In this document: piece by piece, positions 26,238-35,068 of the stretch | How positions within the stretch are numbered: the stretch's first letter is position 1 | Layout: each line of letters begins with the position of its first letter | Assembly (NCBI GenBank): GCA_958009085.1 | Contig: OY253675.1 | Location: 124,001-188,000 of the forward strand | Source of the DNA: Protoeuglena noctilucae | Taxonomy: Eukaryota | Direction: 5' to 3' | DNA length: 64,000 bases | Notes under the pieces: generated by a model | What the model was told of the DNA's origin: nothing | The model's input: only the letters and a program-made list of their open reading frames with translations | The model's database searches: none | Translations under genes and position numbers: made by a program

Positions 26238-27669
26238 CCCCGGCGTCGCCTCCAAGGCGGCGCTGGACCTGGCCTCCTACACGGTGCGGGAGGCGGCGAG
26301 GACGACGTGTGACAGGGCGGCGGTCCGGCAGCGGCTGGAGCGCAAGGCGGAGGGCTGGGCGGCGGCGCTGGGGGAGGGGCACGGCGTCACGGGAGAGGGA
26401 TTGAGGCGCACGCTGGTGGCGCTCAACGGGCTGCCGCTGTCGGACGCCCTGCACGAGCGGCTGTTGCTGACGCTGGCAGACGGGTGGGCCACGCAGGACA
26501 GGATGTAGGTACTGGGCGGAGAGGGACGAGTGCCCGCTGCTAACGAGGCAGGGGAGGCATGCATGGGCAAGAACAGTGCGGCCCACGCGTTCTGGGAGTG
26601 CTCGCGCGCGCGGGAGGTGTGGCGCGTGGCGAGGGGCATCGTGGCGTGGGCAGGGGGGGGGGCACAGGGGGCGCCCCTCCGCCCGTCGGCCCTCTTCCTG
26701 CTGCGCGTGCCGGACGGCGCGCGGTTGGGGCCGCTCACGTGGGCGGTCGTGGCGGGGGCGACCGTGCAGGTCATCTGGCGCAGGCGGCAGCAGCTGACGA
26801 AGGACGCGGGGGCGGACGCGTCCCCGGCACAGCTGTTCGCGCAGATGACGCGCATCATGGCCGAGGAGCTCGTCGCTCTGGCGGCGTACCGGGGCGGGCG
26901 GGCCCTCGCGCGCTGCACGCACCCAGACGACGCCCTTCTACACCCAAGGGACCCGGCGAGGTCCACCTTCACCTACACAGCGCCCACATGGGCAGCCGTC
27001 GAACCGCTACTGCCCTGAGGGGCCCTCATCATTCGCAGCACGCCATCACCCCACCAACATTTGGGCGGGGACGGCGGCGTCGGACGGGTGGCCTTCGGGC
27101 TGCTCGATCCGGCGTCGGCGCCCGGTCCTCTGGGGCGACCACGGCCACACTGAGCATTAATGGGAGAGCCCGACTGCCGGCTTAAACAAGCTCCCCTGCA
27201 CCCAGGATGATATGGGCTGGCGCACCGCGCGGCGACGCCATCGGCGACCCCCTTGGCTGCCTGGCCGAAGCCGGAGCCTGAGAGGGCCACGGGTGGGGGA
27301 TCCACGCGATGCGCGCGCAGCCGCAGGGGCGAGGGGTGCGCTGTGGTGGCAGGGGTGGGCGTCTCACATGGAGGGTGCCGGCGCGCGGGACACCAAGGGC
27401 TTCTTGGCTTACACACTCCATCCTTCACATGCTTCGCAGGTTCTCGGACGCACACTCGACAGCTTTACCCACACGCCTTCTCCTCACCTGCCCCGCAGCC
27501 GGCCATGCCACCCCACCCCAATCCGCATTACTCCCACATCCACCCGACCGCATTGCTCCCACCAGGTCCCTAAGCCAGCCCACTGCCTTCCTATGACGCA
27601 CACTTTCCAACCCCCACATCTCACTGCACACGCACCCTGCCCCAGTAGCACTTCTCTGCATGCCACGCC
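26238..27669 (+). mobile_element. 5'-truncated LINE family B, part left of the PLV insertion
   Basis: ORF remnant ..RLERKAEGW..DRM*VLG..HAFWEC..IWRRRQ to 27018, homologous to the LINE-A C-terminus. Continues at 46948. Confidence 0.8.
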
Positions 27670-28230
27670 AGTTAGTGAAAGCCGACGCCTGGAACGGCAC
27701 GCCGCTGCCGCCGCCGCTCCGGCGGTTGGATTCTTTACTAAGGATTACATATACAGTAATGGCACGCGCACGCCGATATTACTGTAAAGTCAACGGTCAA
27801 CGGTCCGGCGGTCAACGAGCCTTCACGCAGCCATCAGCTTACGCTAAAAAATCTAACAATCGCGCGGCCGTAGGCCATCGGGCTTCGCCCTACGCCTTGA
27901 ACGACGCCTGGAAAAGCCCCTACCCGAGGTACGGAGGCTCCCAGCGCCAGAACACTGCACGCCCGAGTCGCTTGATTCTCCGCGCGATCTTCCGCTCGAC
28001 ATCCTTCAGGTCGTATAGATTGCGGTACATCGCCGTGAAGCCCTCTACTGAGGCCTCTGCGTCGGCCTCTGCCTCGCGCAGCATTTTGCTAATATCGTCT
28101 CTGGTGGACTGGAGCTGGTCGCAGAGAGCGACCCACTTCACCCACTCGCGCTCGTAGCCTGTGTTATCAATCGTCGTCATCACCATACCCCTACGTCGGC
28201 AACCCTTTACGGCGTTTTTCTCCCCCTCCT
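27670..28230 (+). repeat. Left terminal inverted repeat (~560 bp)
   Basis: Reverse complement of 46386-46947. One substitution (V/A codon) and one homopolymer indel were seen. Confidence 0.95.
27920..28186 (-). CDS. TIR-encoded 88-aa coiled-coil hypothetical protein
   Basis: ATG-started ORF preceded by the AAAACGCCGTAAAG motif; duplicated in the right TIR. Confidence 0.7.
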   Translation of the reverse strand: MVMTTIDNTGYEREWVKWVALCDQLQSTRDDISKMLREAEADAEASVEGFTAMYRNLYDLKDVERKIARRIKRLGRAVFWRWEPPYLG

Positions 28231-28386
28231 GTACCGTTCCTTCGAACGCTGGATCGTGGCTTCGCGGTACTTCTGGTTCTCAGCATACCGTTGCTTCGCT
28301 TTCGCGAGAATCAGCTCTCGATTGGCTTGATAATAGCGTTTATGCTGCGGTAGATAAGAAGACTTCTTAGGTTCTTCTTCGCTCAT
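28207..28386 (-). CDS. 59-aa basic helical protein (YYQANRELIL type)
   Basis: Translated by hand: MSEEEPKKSSYLPQHKRYYQANRELILAKAKQRY..KTP*. Homologues at 51748-51930 and 29444-29641. Confidence 0.75.
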   Translation of the reverse strand: MSEEEPKKSSYLPQHKRYYQANRELILAKAKQRYAENQKYREATIQRSKERYRRGRKTP

Positions 28387-28407
28387 ATAAAAAAAGATAT
28401 AAAAATG

Positions 28408-28650
28408 TTAGGACGGTCTGGATCCACGCGAACCGTTATGCCAGGGTAGCATTCTACCTGGCCTTCGGATGTCGTTCATCATGTCGTCGAATGACGTGTA
28501 GGTTACGTCCGACGTTTTAGCGGGTGTGCCTCCGAACCAATACTCAAACGTAGCTTTACTCTTGTCCCACTTCGCTTGCGTGTGGTTGATAAAGATCCCG
28601 AGCTCTTTATCGTTGGCGTCATAAAGCATCACGTATCGCGTCTTACCCAT
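28408..28650 (-). CDS. Viral hypothetical protein (80 aa)
   Basis: Conserved at protein level with 51952-52200. Confidence 0.8.
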   Translation of the reverse strand: MGKTRYVMLYDANDKELGIFINHTQAKWDKSKATFEYWFGGTPAKTSDVTYTSFDDMMNDIRRPGRMLPWHNGSRGSRPS

Positions 28651-28747
28651 GATAAAGAATGGAGAAAAGCTTTATGGTGTTTTCTCCTACCCTGGGCCTT
28701 CGGCCTGGGCATTCAGCCACGTCGTTAAAAAATATCGCGTGATAAAT

Positions 28748-29005
28748 ATGCAATACAAAATTAAGATATATCTTAAAGACGGATCTGCTGTATTGATGGA
28801 TAAGATATTCGACTTAGATATACCCAAAGACCTTGGAATTACATTGGAAGATGACCTCGCGTGGGACAAAGCAATGTGGCCAGTCTCTGAATTCTTCGTA
28901 AAACTCAGCGAAGTATTTGGTAAAAAAGGTGGAAATATTAATTACGAATTGATTAGCATAGGTAGTCCTCCTTGTAATCATCATCATCATCATCATGGTA
29001 TCTAG
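28748..29005 (+). CDS. Viral hypothetical protein
   Basis: MQYKIKIYLKDGS..DLAWDKAMWPVS, conserved with 52275-52440. Confidence 0.75.
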   Translation: MQYKIKIYLKDGSAVLMDKIFDLDIPKDLGITLEDDLAWDKAMWPVSEFFVKLSEVFGKKGGNINYELISIGSPPCNHHHHHHGI

Positions 29006-29432
29006 GTTGGATTACTTGCCTCCCTTCGCGCACTGACTTGCAATATTTGCATTTTTTAAAGTGATTTCGTTCGAAGTCTTGATCTTGCTCATGCATAACA
29101 TCCAAATCGTACGGTGTGCAAAAGTAAATACCTGGGAATGCGGCACGAGCCTTTTCGATAGCCATCATTTCGTTTCCATGGGTGATGATCACCCAGTCTA
29201 GCTTCTTATCTTTGTGCCAAATCACGGCATTATCGTAGGCAAACAACTCTACGACATCCTCGCGTGGTTTCGTGCACTCGATAAATTTCATTGTCAACGG
29301 ACACCATGCTTTCTGCACGACGGCCATACTGGCAACGAGTTCGCACATATCAGGACATAGAGGGGTCATGTCAGCGAGAAGCTGGTAAACTTGGTCCTTG
29401 GACACTGCCATGTTTTTCTCCATAATATACAT
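28953..29432 (-). CDS. Viral hypothetical protein, WCP family
   Basis: Shares TPLC..CE..WCP with 51098-51727, and WCPL..DWV..CxxC with 45938-46324. Start codon uncertain. Confidence 0.75.
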   Translation of the reverse strand: MYIMEKNMAVSKDQVYQLLADMTPLCPDMCELVASMAVVQKAWCPLTMKFIECTKPREDVVELFAYDNAVIWHKDKKLDWVIITHGNEMMAIEKARAAFPGIYFCTPYDLDVMHEQDQDFERNHFKKCKYCKSVREGRQVIQPRYHDDDDDDYKEDYLC

Positions 29433-29443
29433 ACATTATTTCT

Positions 29444-29641
29444 TTACGGCGTTTTTCTCCCCTTCCGCCTCGCCAAAGCGCGAGCCCGAAACTCAGGGTC
29501 TTCCGCGTACTTGCGTCTCATGTACTCCAATTTTTTCTCCCGATTCTTTTGATACGCTTCTCTTTTCTGCTGGAGTATACGTTCCTTGTTAGCTTCATAG
29601 TAGATCTTAAAGCGGTTAGCCGTAGCCGCAGAGTCTTCCAT
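29444..29641 (-). CDS. 65-aa basic helical protein
   Basis: YYEANKERILQQKREAYQKNREK repeats, typical of small viral DNA-binding proteins. Confidence 0.7.
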   Translation of the reverse strand: MEDSAATANRFKIYYEANKERILQQKREAYQKNREKKLEYMRRKYAEDPEFRARALARRKGRKTP

Positions 29642-29661
29642 ATAATGATGGCGAAAAGTCT

Positions 29662-30591
29662 TTACGCTTCCACCACGAGGTCTCTCTTGACAGTCTTTCG
29701 TCGTTTCGTTGTCGTATTAATGAGCTCGTAACTGCTTGGTAGTACGCGTACAATTTCAAAGACAGCTTTTGACACGTGTTCTGCACGCGACTTTTTGAGT
29801 CTCGGGTTTGCATCTATTACACGCACTCGGTCTCCCACATTAAAGAGCGCCCTGGCATTTGTCTCTCGTTTGAAATTTTGGTTTAGTTTGTTTTGGAGGT
29901 ATGTGATTTGATGGTAGTCCGTGGGACTTATCTCGTGGTCATCGACAAGCTTCATGACGTCATCCGGTTTCATTCCCGTTTGCTTCGAAACAGTGTCGTT
30001 ATGCGCATGGGCCACTGCTGCCAATTTTTGCCAATACGTCATGTCGTCTGGTAGTCTCGTGATACCTTCCCGTAATGTTCGAATCATTCGTTCGGCTGTC
30101 GGAGCATGCTCTACGAACTGTTGCTGAACCCCTTGCTCCAGAAGCCATGTCACGGTGTCCTTGGAATCTCCCATCGTCCACGCGGAGTCGCGGTCACACA
30201 CGATGGTCATCGGCTTCGGGCGTTGACGAGGCAACATGCTTAAGAGTCCCTTTTTTACAGACTCCTTCGTTTTGTTTTTCAGGGGATACAGGTAGACATA
30301 TTTAGAAAACACGTCGACCAAAACGAGGATATACTTCACGTCTTTCGTCTGATTCGGTTTCTCAACGTGCATGATGTCGAGCATAGCAACAGCCCAAGGG
30401 GACGTGGTCATGAAGTGACCCCCTTTCGGTTTCTCGTCTCGGGGCTTCATGACCATCCTGCGAACATTCTCTTGCCCGAGAAGGAATTCCTTTACTTGCG
30501 ACTTGCTGTATCCTTTCGAACGAACTTTGGCATACAACTTATCGATAGAAGTGTATCCCTGCTTAAAAAATGTATTGAACAACTCCTCCAT
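29662..30591 (-). CDS. Retroviral-like (rve, DDE) integrase, Polinton type
   Basis: LDIM, YILVLVDVFSKY, PLKNK, CDRD, AERMIRTL, HNDT..GMKP, FNVGDRVRV. Intact frame, no obvious chromodomain. Confidence 0.93.
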   Translation of the reverse strand: MEELFNTFFKQGYTSIDKLYAKVRSKGYSKSQVKEFLLGQENVRRMVMKPRDEKPKGGHFMTTSPWAVAMLDIMHVEKPNQTKDVKYILVLVDVFSKYVYLYPLKNKTKESVKKGLLSMLPRQRPKPMTIVCDRDSAWTMGDSKDTVTWLLEQGVQQQFVEHAPTAERMIRTLREGITRLPDDMTYWQKLAAVAHAHNDTVSKQTGMKPDDVMKLVDDHEISPTDYHQITYLQNKLNQNFKRETNARALFNVGDRVRVIDANPRLKKSRAEHVSKAVFEIVRVLPSSYELINTTTKRRKTVKRDLVVEA

Positions 30592-30667
30592 AGATGAGCT
30601 TTAAAAAACCTCAACCAAAAGGGGATACGCCCCTTGAGGACTCTTGTCCAACCGGCCTTGGCCACCC

Positions 30668-32008
30668 CTAACAAGGGGGTTTTAGGGGGCCACGCCCCCT
30701 ATTGCATGACAGGCAAGCAATCCCACAGTTTTCTTTCGTGTGACCGAGGTCGTCATCTGTGCGGTCCAGAGTCCACGTGCCCTCCTGATAGAAGTCAGCG
30801 CCGCAGTGCCTGCACCGGAATTTGTCAGCCTTCAAGAGAGCCCAGATATCTTCGGTCGTGATTGTGGTCTCTTGGTCGCGTGTCTTGTCTTGTCGCGTGT
30901 ACCCCAGAACCTTGTCCCGAATGTATGCCTTCAGGTTCAGGAGAACGGAGCTGATACCTTGGACAAGATAGACCTTATCGAAGTCTCTTGCTCGCGTGAT
31001 GGCCATGTAGAGTTCCTCGCATCCGACGAACGTAGTGCTCACACCATGGACATATAAGTTTCCGCTCGTGCGAGACCCTTGACAGCTGTGGATCGTTACC
31101 ATGTTGGACGATTCAAAGTTTTTATGAAATTCATCTACTTTAATTTTCTGGATCACGCCGTCTTGGCCTTGCAGTTCCACATAAGGGGTTTCACCCCTTT
31201 GAAACCCCGAACAATGGGGGCCTGAGGGGGCTCCGCCCCCCACCATCAAGTACTCTGCGTTGCGAATGAATTTCCCAGAAGACCTCCCAGAACTCGGTCG
31301 ATAGGTCCAAGTGTCTGGAGCAGCTATGTTCGTCCCCAACGATTGAATGCACTTGAACGGACATAGATGTAGTCCATCACGTGCGAGTGCCTCGTCCTCG
31401 GAAAGCAAGCGCTTTTGAGACAGGAACCATTCGATGCAAGCTCTCTTGTCCTTGCGTTCCACAAGCATTTCCCGTAGCTCTTTGAGTAATGGCTTCTGTG
31501 ATTCCGGTAGGGTTTTATTTTCATGCAGGTATACCCTATTTTTGAAAACGCTCTGCATGAGCATCCCGACTGCATCTCGGGAATATCGGGTGTCCTGGAC
31601 CGGCTTCAGCTGGTCGATATCGCCGGTCATGATTAGGGTGTAGTCCCGGTTCACCGCCTCCGTGGCCATTTCTCTTAATGCCGAGGTACAGAACATAAAC
31701 GCTTCCTCGAGGATAACCATATTTGCGTCAGGAGGTACGTTGCGAGTAGCCTTGCGGTTGATGACCGGGAGTTCCCACCACTTGTGCGATGTTGTGAAGT
31801 GAATGTCCAGGGGGGTTGTGTCCCCTCCAAAGTACCCCTGACAGTCCAGCTTGTTCTTATTGTTTGGACAGACGACCACGATACGCTTCTCTTGACAGTA
31901 CTTTTTGACGTAATCGACCCAGAGGCGTGTTTTTCCGGAACCGGCGTAGTGAGCTTGAATGCTCAGTCTGTTGTGTTGCTGAAGAATCTCATGGATTTGT
32001 CCCGTCAT
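30668..32008 (-). CDS. Superfamily 1 (RecD/Pif1-like) helicase with C-terminal HNH-type Zn-finger nuclease
   Basis: AGSGKT, ILEEAFM, GDIDQLKP, TIHSCQG, YMAITRAR; then CRHC..TLDRTDDDLGHTKENC..CLSCN. Confidence 0.88.
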   Translation of the reverse strand: MTGQIHEILQQHNRLSIQAHYAGSGKTRLWVDYVKKYCQEKRIVVVCPNNKNKLDCQGYFGGDTTPLDIHFTTSHKWWELPVINRKATRNVPPDANMVILEEAFMFCTSALREMATEAVNRDYTLIMTGDIDQLKPVQDTRYSRDAVGMLMQSVFKNRVYLHENKTLPESQKPLLKELREMLVERKDKRACIEWFLSQKRLLSEDEALARDGLHLCPFKCIQSLGTNIAAPDTWTYRPSSGRSSGKFIRNAEYLMVGGGAPSGPHCSGFQRGETPYVELQGQDGVIQKIKVDEFHKNFESSNMVTIHSCQGSRTSGNLYVHGVSTTFVGCEELYMAITRARDFDKVYLVQGISSVLLNLKAYIRDKVLGYTRQDKTRDQETTITTEDIWALLKADKFRCRHCGADFYQEGTWTLDRTDDDLGHTKENCGIACLSCNRGRGPLKPPC

Positions 32009-32032
32009 GAACTCCGTGTCATACTCTTGTTC

Positions 32033-34411
32033 CTAAGTGAACTCGTGGGTGATCCATTTGTTCTTCTCCTTGAATTCGGGAAGATTCGGGGGACTTATGT
32101 CCATCGGCTTTGCTTTGACTCTTCCTAACTCTGGTAGCTTGTATGAACCCAGTTTCCCGTCATACTTGATGTCTGGCCGTTCGCGGAAAAACACCGCATC
32201 TGTCTTAATGGCTACTGGTTTGTATATCAGATTGTGGATGAACGTAGCGACGTTCGCAGCTGCGAGTTCTTGAAGCACTGCCCAAACACTGTGTTTCCAT
32301 CCGTTGAGGCAAACCCTACTGTCTTCGTCATACACTATATTCAGGTCAGGGTCTCCGGCCAGTTTTAATTTCGGGTTATCCTCGATTACCTTGTATGCGC
32401 TCATGGCGTCCTTGAACAACACACCACGCTGCGCCATCGTCCTCGAACGTCCAGCCATACCTATCGCCATGTTAACGATCTTCTTGACGTCATTGACCGT
32501 CAGCGTGGTTTCCTTGATAGCATCGCCATACAGCCAATCGATGACCTCGGCGACTCCCTGAATGCGCGCTGTATACGCCGTTTTGAGTTCTCCGATGATT
32601 CTGATGGCAGGACCGTGGGCCCATGCGGCGTCGTCCCCCCTGTCGAATAATTTAGCCATTCTCTTCAGTACGCTACCGAGACATAGCGATAGTTCCTTTC
32701 GGTAATACACTTGCTCCGAGAACCAGAATAACTGAGTCTTATTGAGTTTCACAACGTACCAAGCAAGGTCATCCGCGTCTTCTATGCGCATGTCGACGCT
32801 ATAGAAGTGGTCACTCGAGCATGGCACTGGGATTTCCATTCCCTCCATCGACTTCAAGATGTATGTGTAGTGTTTTGTGGCGTCGCATTCCCAGAGGTTC
32901 TCGTCGATTCCATCACGGAGGGACTCCGAACATCGTACGATACCAAACTTTCGAAGGCGGTCGAAAGTATCAAACACGTCCTGATTCACCTCGCATCTCG
33001 TCGTAGTACAGTGTAGTCTCTTCATGAGCTTGTCCTGAGCGTTTTTGTAGTCAATTTCATGGTCGAGACTGTGTCTGGACTCGGTAATTTCACCACAGTC
33101 TACCATGGACCGCACTACTATTTTTTTGTTGTCGACATGGTGAAACATAAACTGATTCACTTGACCATTCTGTAGTCTGAGGTCATAAGGTACAGCAATA
33201 GTAGCGACATTTTTGAGGGCGCTCATTACGTCGTGAGTGTAATAGGCGCCAGGTTCAACGTTGTTCAGTTCCTGAAGACTTTCAACATGTTTCCAAGGAT
33301 TTACATGTTTTATCTTCGAAGGAGCCCATTCGATTTTCTCAGGTGCTTTTGCTCTTGGGAAGTCTATTTCAGGTACCAGGAAGTCCTCGATAGTCTTCGC
33401 GTCTATGCTCTCTGTCGCTCGTTTCGTGTGCCACACGGGACATATGTGACCATCGTGAACGATGAAAGTTAAGCGTCTGATTTCCTTGTTCTCCCTCTCT
33501 GCTTTCAGTTTGAGAACGACGTGACCAAAGATATTGAAAACCACCACATTGAACCTCTTGGCAAGTAGTTGACACCCCTCTAATAGTTTCACGGGTCCAT
33601 CAGGGAAATTCTCGTTTACCCACTTCAGATGACAGGTGATGTTTTGCTTAACCTTCTTCGAATTCGCATTCTCAATCGCACGTAGGATCTGATTTTGAAC
33701 CGAAGACTTAAAACAGCTTCCTTCCTTGAGGTCGAATACGTTGTCGGAGTCCTTGAACCCAAGGGGGTTCACGCGATTGATGTAAATGGACTTGTCCCTG
33801 GATACCGCTTGTTCGAACCATAGTTTATAATTCCGTTCATGTGGATTCACTTTATAGACAGAAACAACGTCAGTGACTACAGTGCGTGTTGGCGAGATGG
33901 TCTGCAACGTTTCAAAGAGGTCTGGGTTTGTCTTCTCGATGAGATTTTTAAACCTCTTAGCCGATTCCGTCCTGGGGTCTTTAAACTTGAATCTTTCTAT
34001 CTTGGGCGGCGGCTCCTTCACAAACATGCGATAAGGCGTATCGTTGTCCCGAATAAACCACGCATTTTCACCGCCGAGACCACGGCGAATCGTATTATTT
34101 TTCAGGTATGCCTCGAACTTTTCAAAGACATTTTTACCTCGCTTATTCTTAGACTCGACGTGCTTCTGCATCTTTCGGATAGTCGCTCGTAGGTCATCGT
34201 ATGTCTTGACTTCTTTGCCAGCTACCTTATCGATTACCATAAATTCCGCGTCAAGCTCCTCGGCAACCCATACATTATATCCGGTGTCATAAATAGTTCG
34301 TTTGCGCTGCTTCTCGTTCTTGCGTTGCCGACGTGTGTCTTTTTGTTGAGCAATTTTCTCAGCTCGCGCGACTTGCTGGCGGATCGTTCGTGGGGCATGG
34401 GCTTTGGGCAT
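32033..34411 (-). CDS. Derived family-B (protein-primed-like) DNA polymerase, in frame with the helicase
   Basis: Motif A-like CDATKHYT, motif B-like KKIVNMAIG, motif C-like AIKTDAV. Exonuclease motifs not recognised. Confidence 0.7.
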   Translation of the reverse strand: MPKAHAPRTIRQQVARAEKIAQQKDTRRQRKNEKQRKRTIYDTGYNVWVAEELDAEFMVIDKVAGKEVKTYDDLRATIRKMQKHVESKNKRGKNVFEKFEAYLKNNTIRRGLGGENAWFIRDNDTPYRMFVKEPPPKIERFKFKDPRTESAKRFKNLIEKTNPDLFETLQTISPTRTVVTDVVSVYKVNPHERNYKLWFEQAVSRDKSIYINRVNPLGFKDSDNVFDLKEGSCFKSSVQNQILRAIENANSKKVKQNITCHLKWVNENFPDGPVKLLEGCQLLAKRFNVVVFNIFGHVVLKLKAERENKEIRRLTFIVHDGHICPVWHTKRATESIDAKTIEDFLVPEIDFPRAKAPEKIEWAPSKIKHVNPWKHVESLQELNNVEPGAYYTHDVMSALKNVATIAVPYDLRLQNGQVNQFMFHHVDNKKIVVRSMVDCGEITESRHSLDHEIDYKNAQDKLMKRLHCTTTRCEVNQDVFDTFDRLRKFGIVRCSESLRDGIDENLWECDATKHYTYILKSMEGMEIPVPCSSDHFYSVDMRIEDADDLAWYVVKLNKTQLFWFSEQVYYRKELSLCLGSVLKRMAKLFDRGDDAAWAHGPAIRIIGELKTAYTARIQGVAEVIDWLYGDAIKETTLTVNDVKKIVNMAIGMAGRSRTMAQRGVLFKDAMSAYKVIEDNPKLKLAGDPDLNIVYDEDSRVCLNGWKHSVWAVLQELAAANVATFIHNLIYKPVAIKTDAVFFRERPDIKYDGKLGSYKLPELGRVKAKPMDISPPNLPEFKEKNKWITHEFT

Positions 34412-34508
34412 AATATGTTTGGAGAAAAATCTTACGGCGTTTTTGGCCGCGCCTGGAAGGGTGCCCTTTGGCCCCTATTTTTTGTCAAGCTTTTTTCTAA
34501 AAAGCTTT

Positions 34509-34832
34509 ATGGAGCTTAAGATAACCAAAGCGACAGCGAAAGGAAAGAAGTACAAAGCTGAGTTTTTACGTAGGGCGGAGCCCATCGGCCTTCGGCATGC
34601 GGCCACCTTAAAGACCGTCAACTTTGGTGCAGAAGGTTATCAGGACTATACCCAACATCATGATGTCAAACGTCGCGACGCATATCGCGCGAGACACAAA
34701 AATGACCATATTGACGACTTTATGACTCCAGGAGCACTATCCTGGTATATCCTTTGGGGTGATTCGACGAGCATGGAAAAGAATGCCAAAGCCTTTGCCA
34801 AGAAATTTAAGCTAAAACTCCTCCCCCTTTAA
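34509..34832 (+). CDS. Tlr6F-like (DUF5754) conserved PLV/virophage protein
   Basis: KKYKA..KTVNFGAEGYQDYT.HHD..RR.AY.ARH..PGALSWYILWG. Confidence 0.85.
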   Translation: MELKITKATAKGKKYKAEFLRRAEPIGLRHAATLKTVNFGAEGYQDYTQHHDVKRRDAYRARHKNDHIDDFMTPGALSWYILWGDSTSMEKNAKAFAKKFKLKLLPL

Positions 34833-35026
34833 TGCTTGGGTTTTGCGGAGCCCTTCTGTTTAGCGAGAACAGTGTTTACATAAAACTGTGCCTTCCGTCG
34901 CATGACGTCTGTATACTTGCTGTCTCTTGCCAGGACTGCTTTCGCAAATTTTTTGAGGTCAGCTTTCCCATCCTTGGTCTTAAACCCGTATTTTTTAGCA
35001 GCCGCGGTGAACGTGCCTTCCTTCAT
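34829..35026 (-). CDS. Small basic viral protein
   Basis: MKEGTFT..RRKAQFYVN, preceded by the TTTTCTAAAG motif. Confidence 0.7.
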   Translation of the reverse strand: MKEGTFTAAAKKYGFKTKDGKADLKKFAKAVLARDSKYTDVMRRKAQFYVNTVLAKQKGSAKPKH

Positions 35027-35068
35027 ATACGAATCTTTAGAAAAGATTCACCAAAGGGGCACAGCCCT

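Noticed and set aside
28960..29005. His6 on one strand and FLAG-like DDDDDYK on the other, suggesting vector contamination
   Set aside because: It is a (CAT)n microsatellite in the overlap of two convergent viral ORFs, with no other vector sequence.
29662..30591. LTR retrotransposon suggested by the integrase
   Set aside because: No gag, protease, RT or direct LTRs; the integrase lies inside a TIR-bounded capsid-encoding element.
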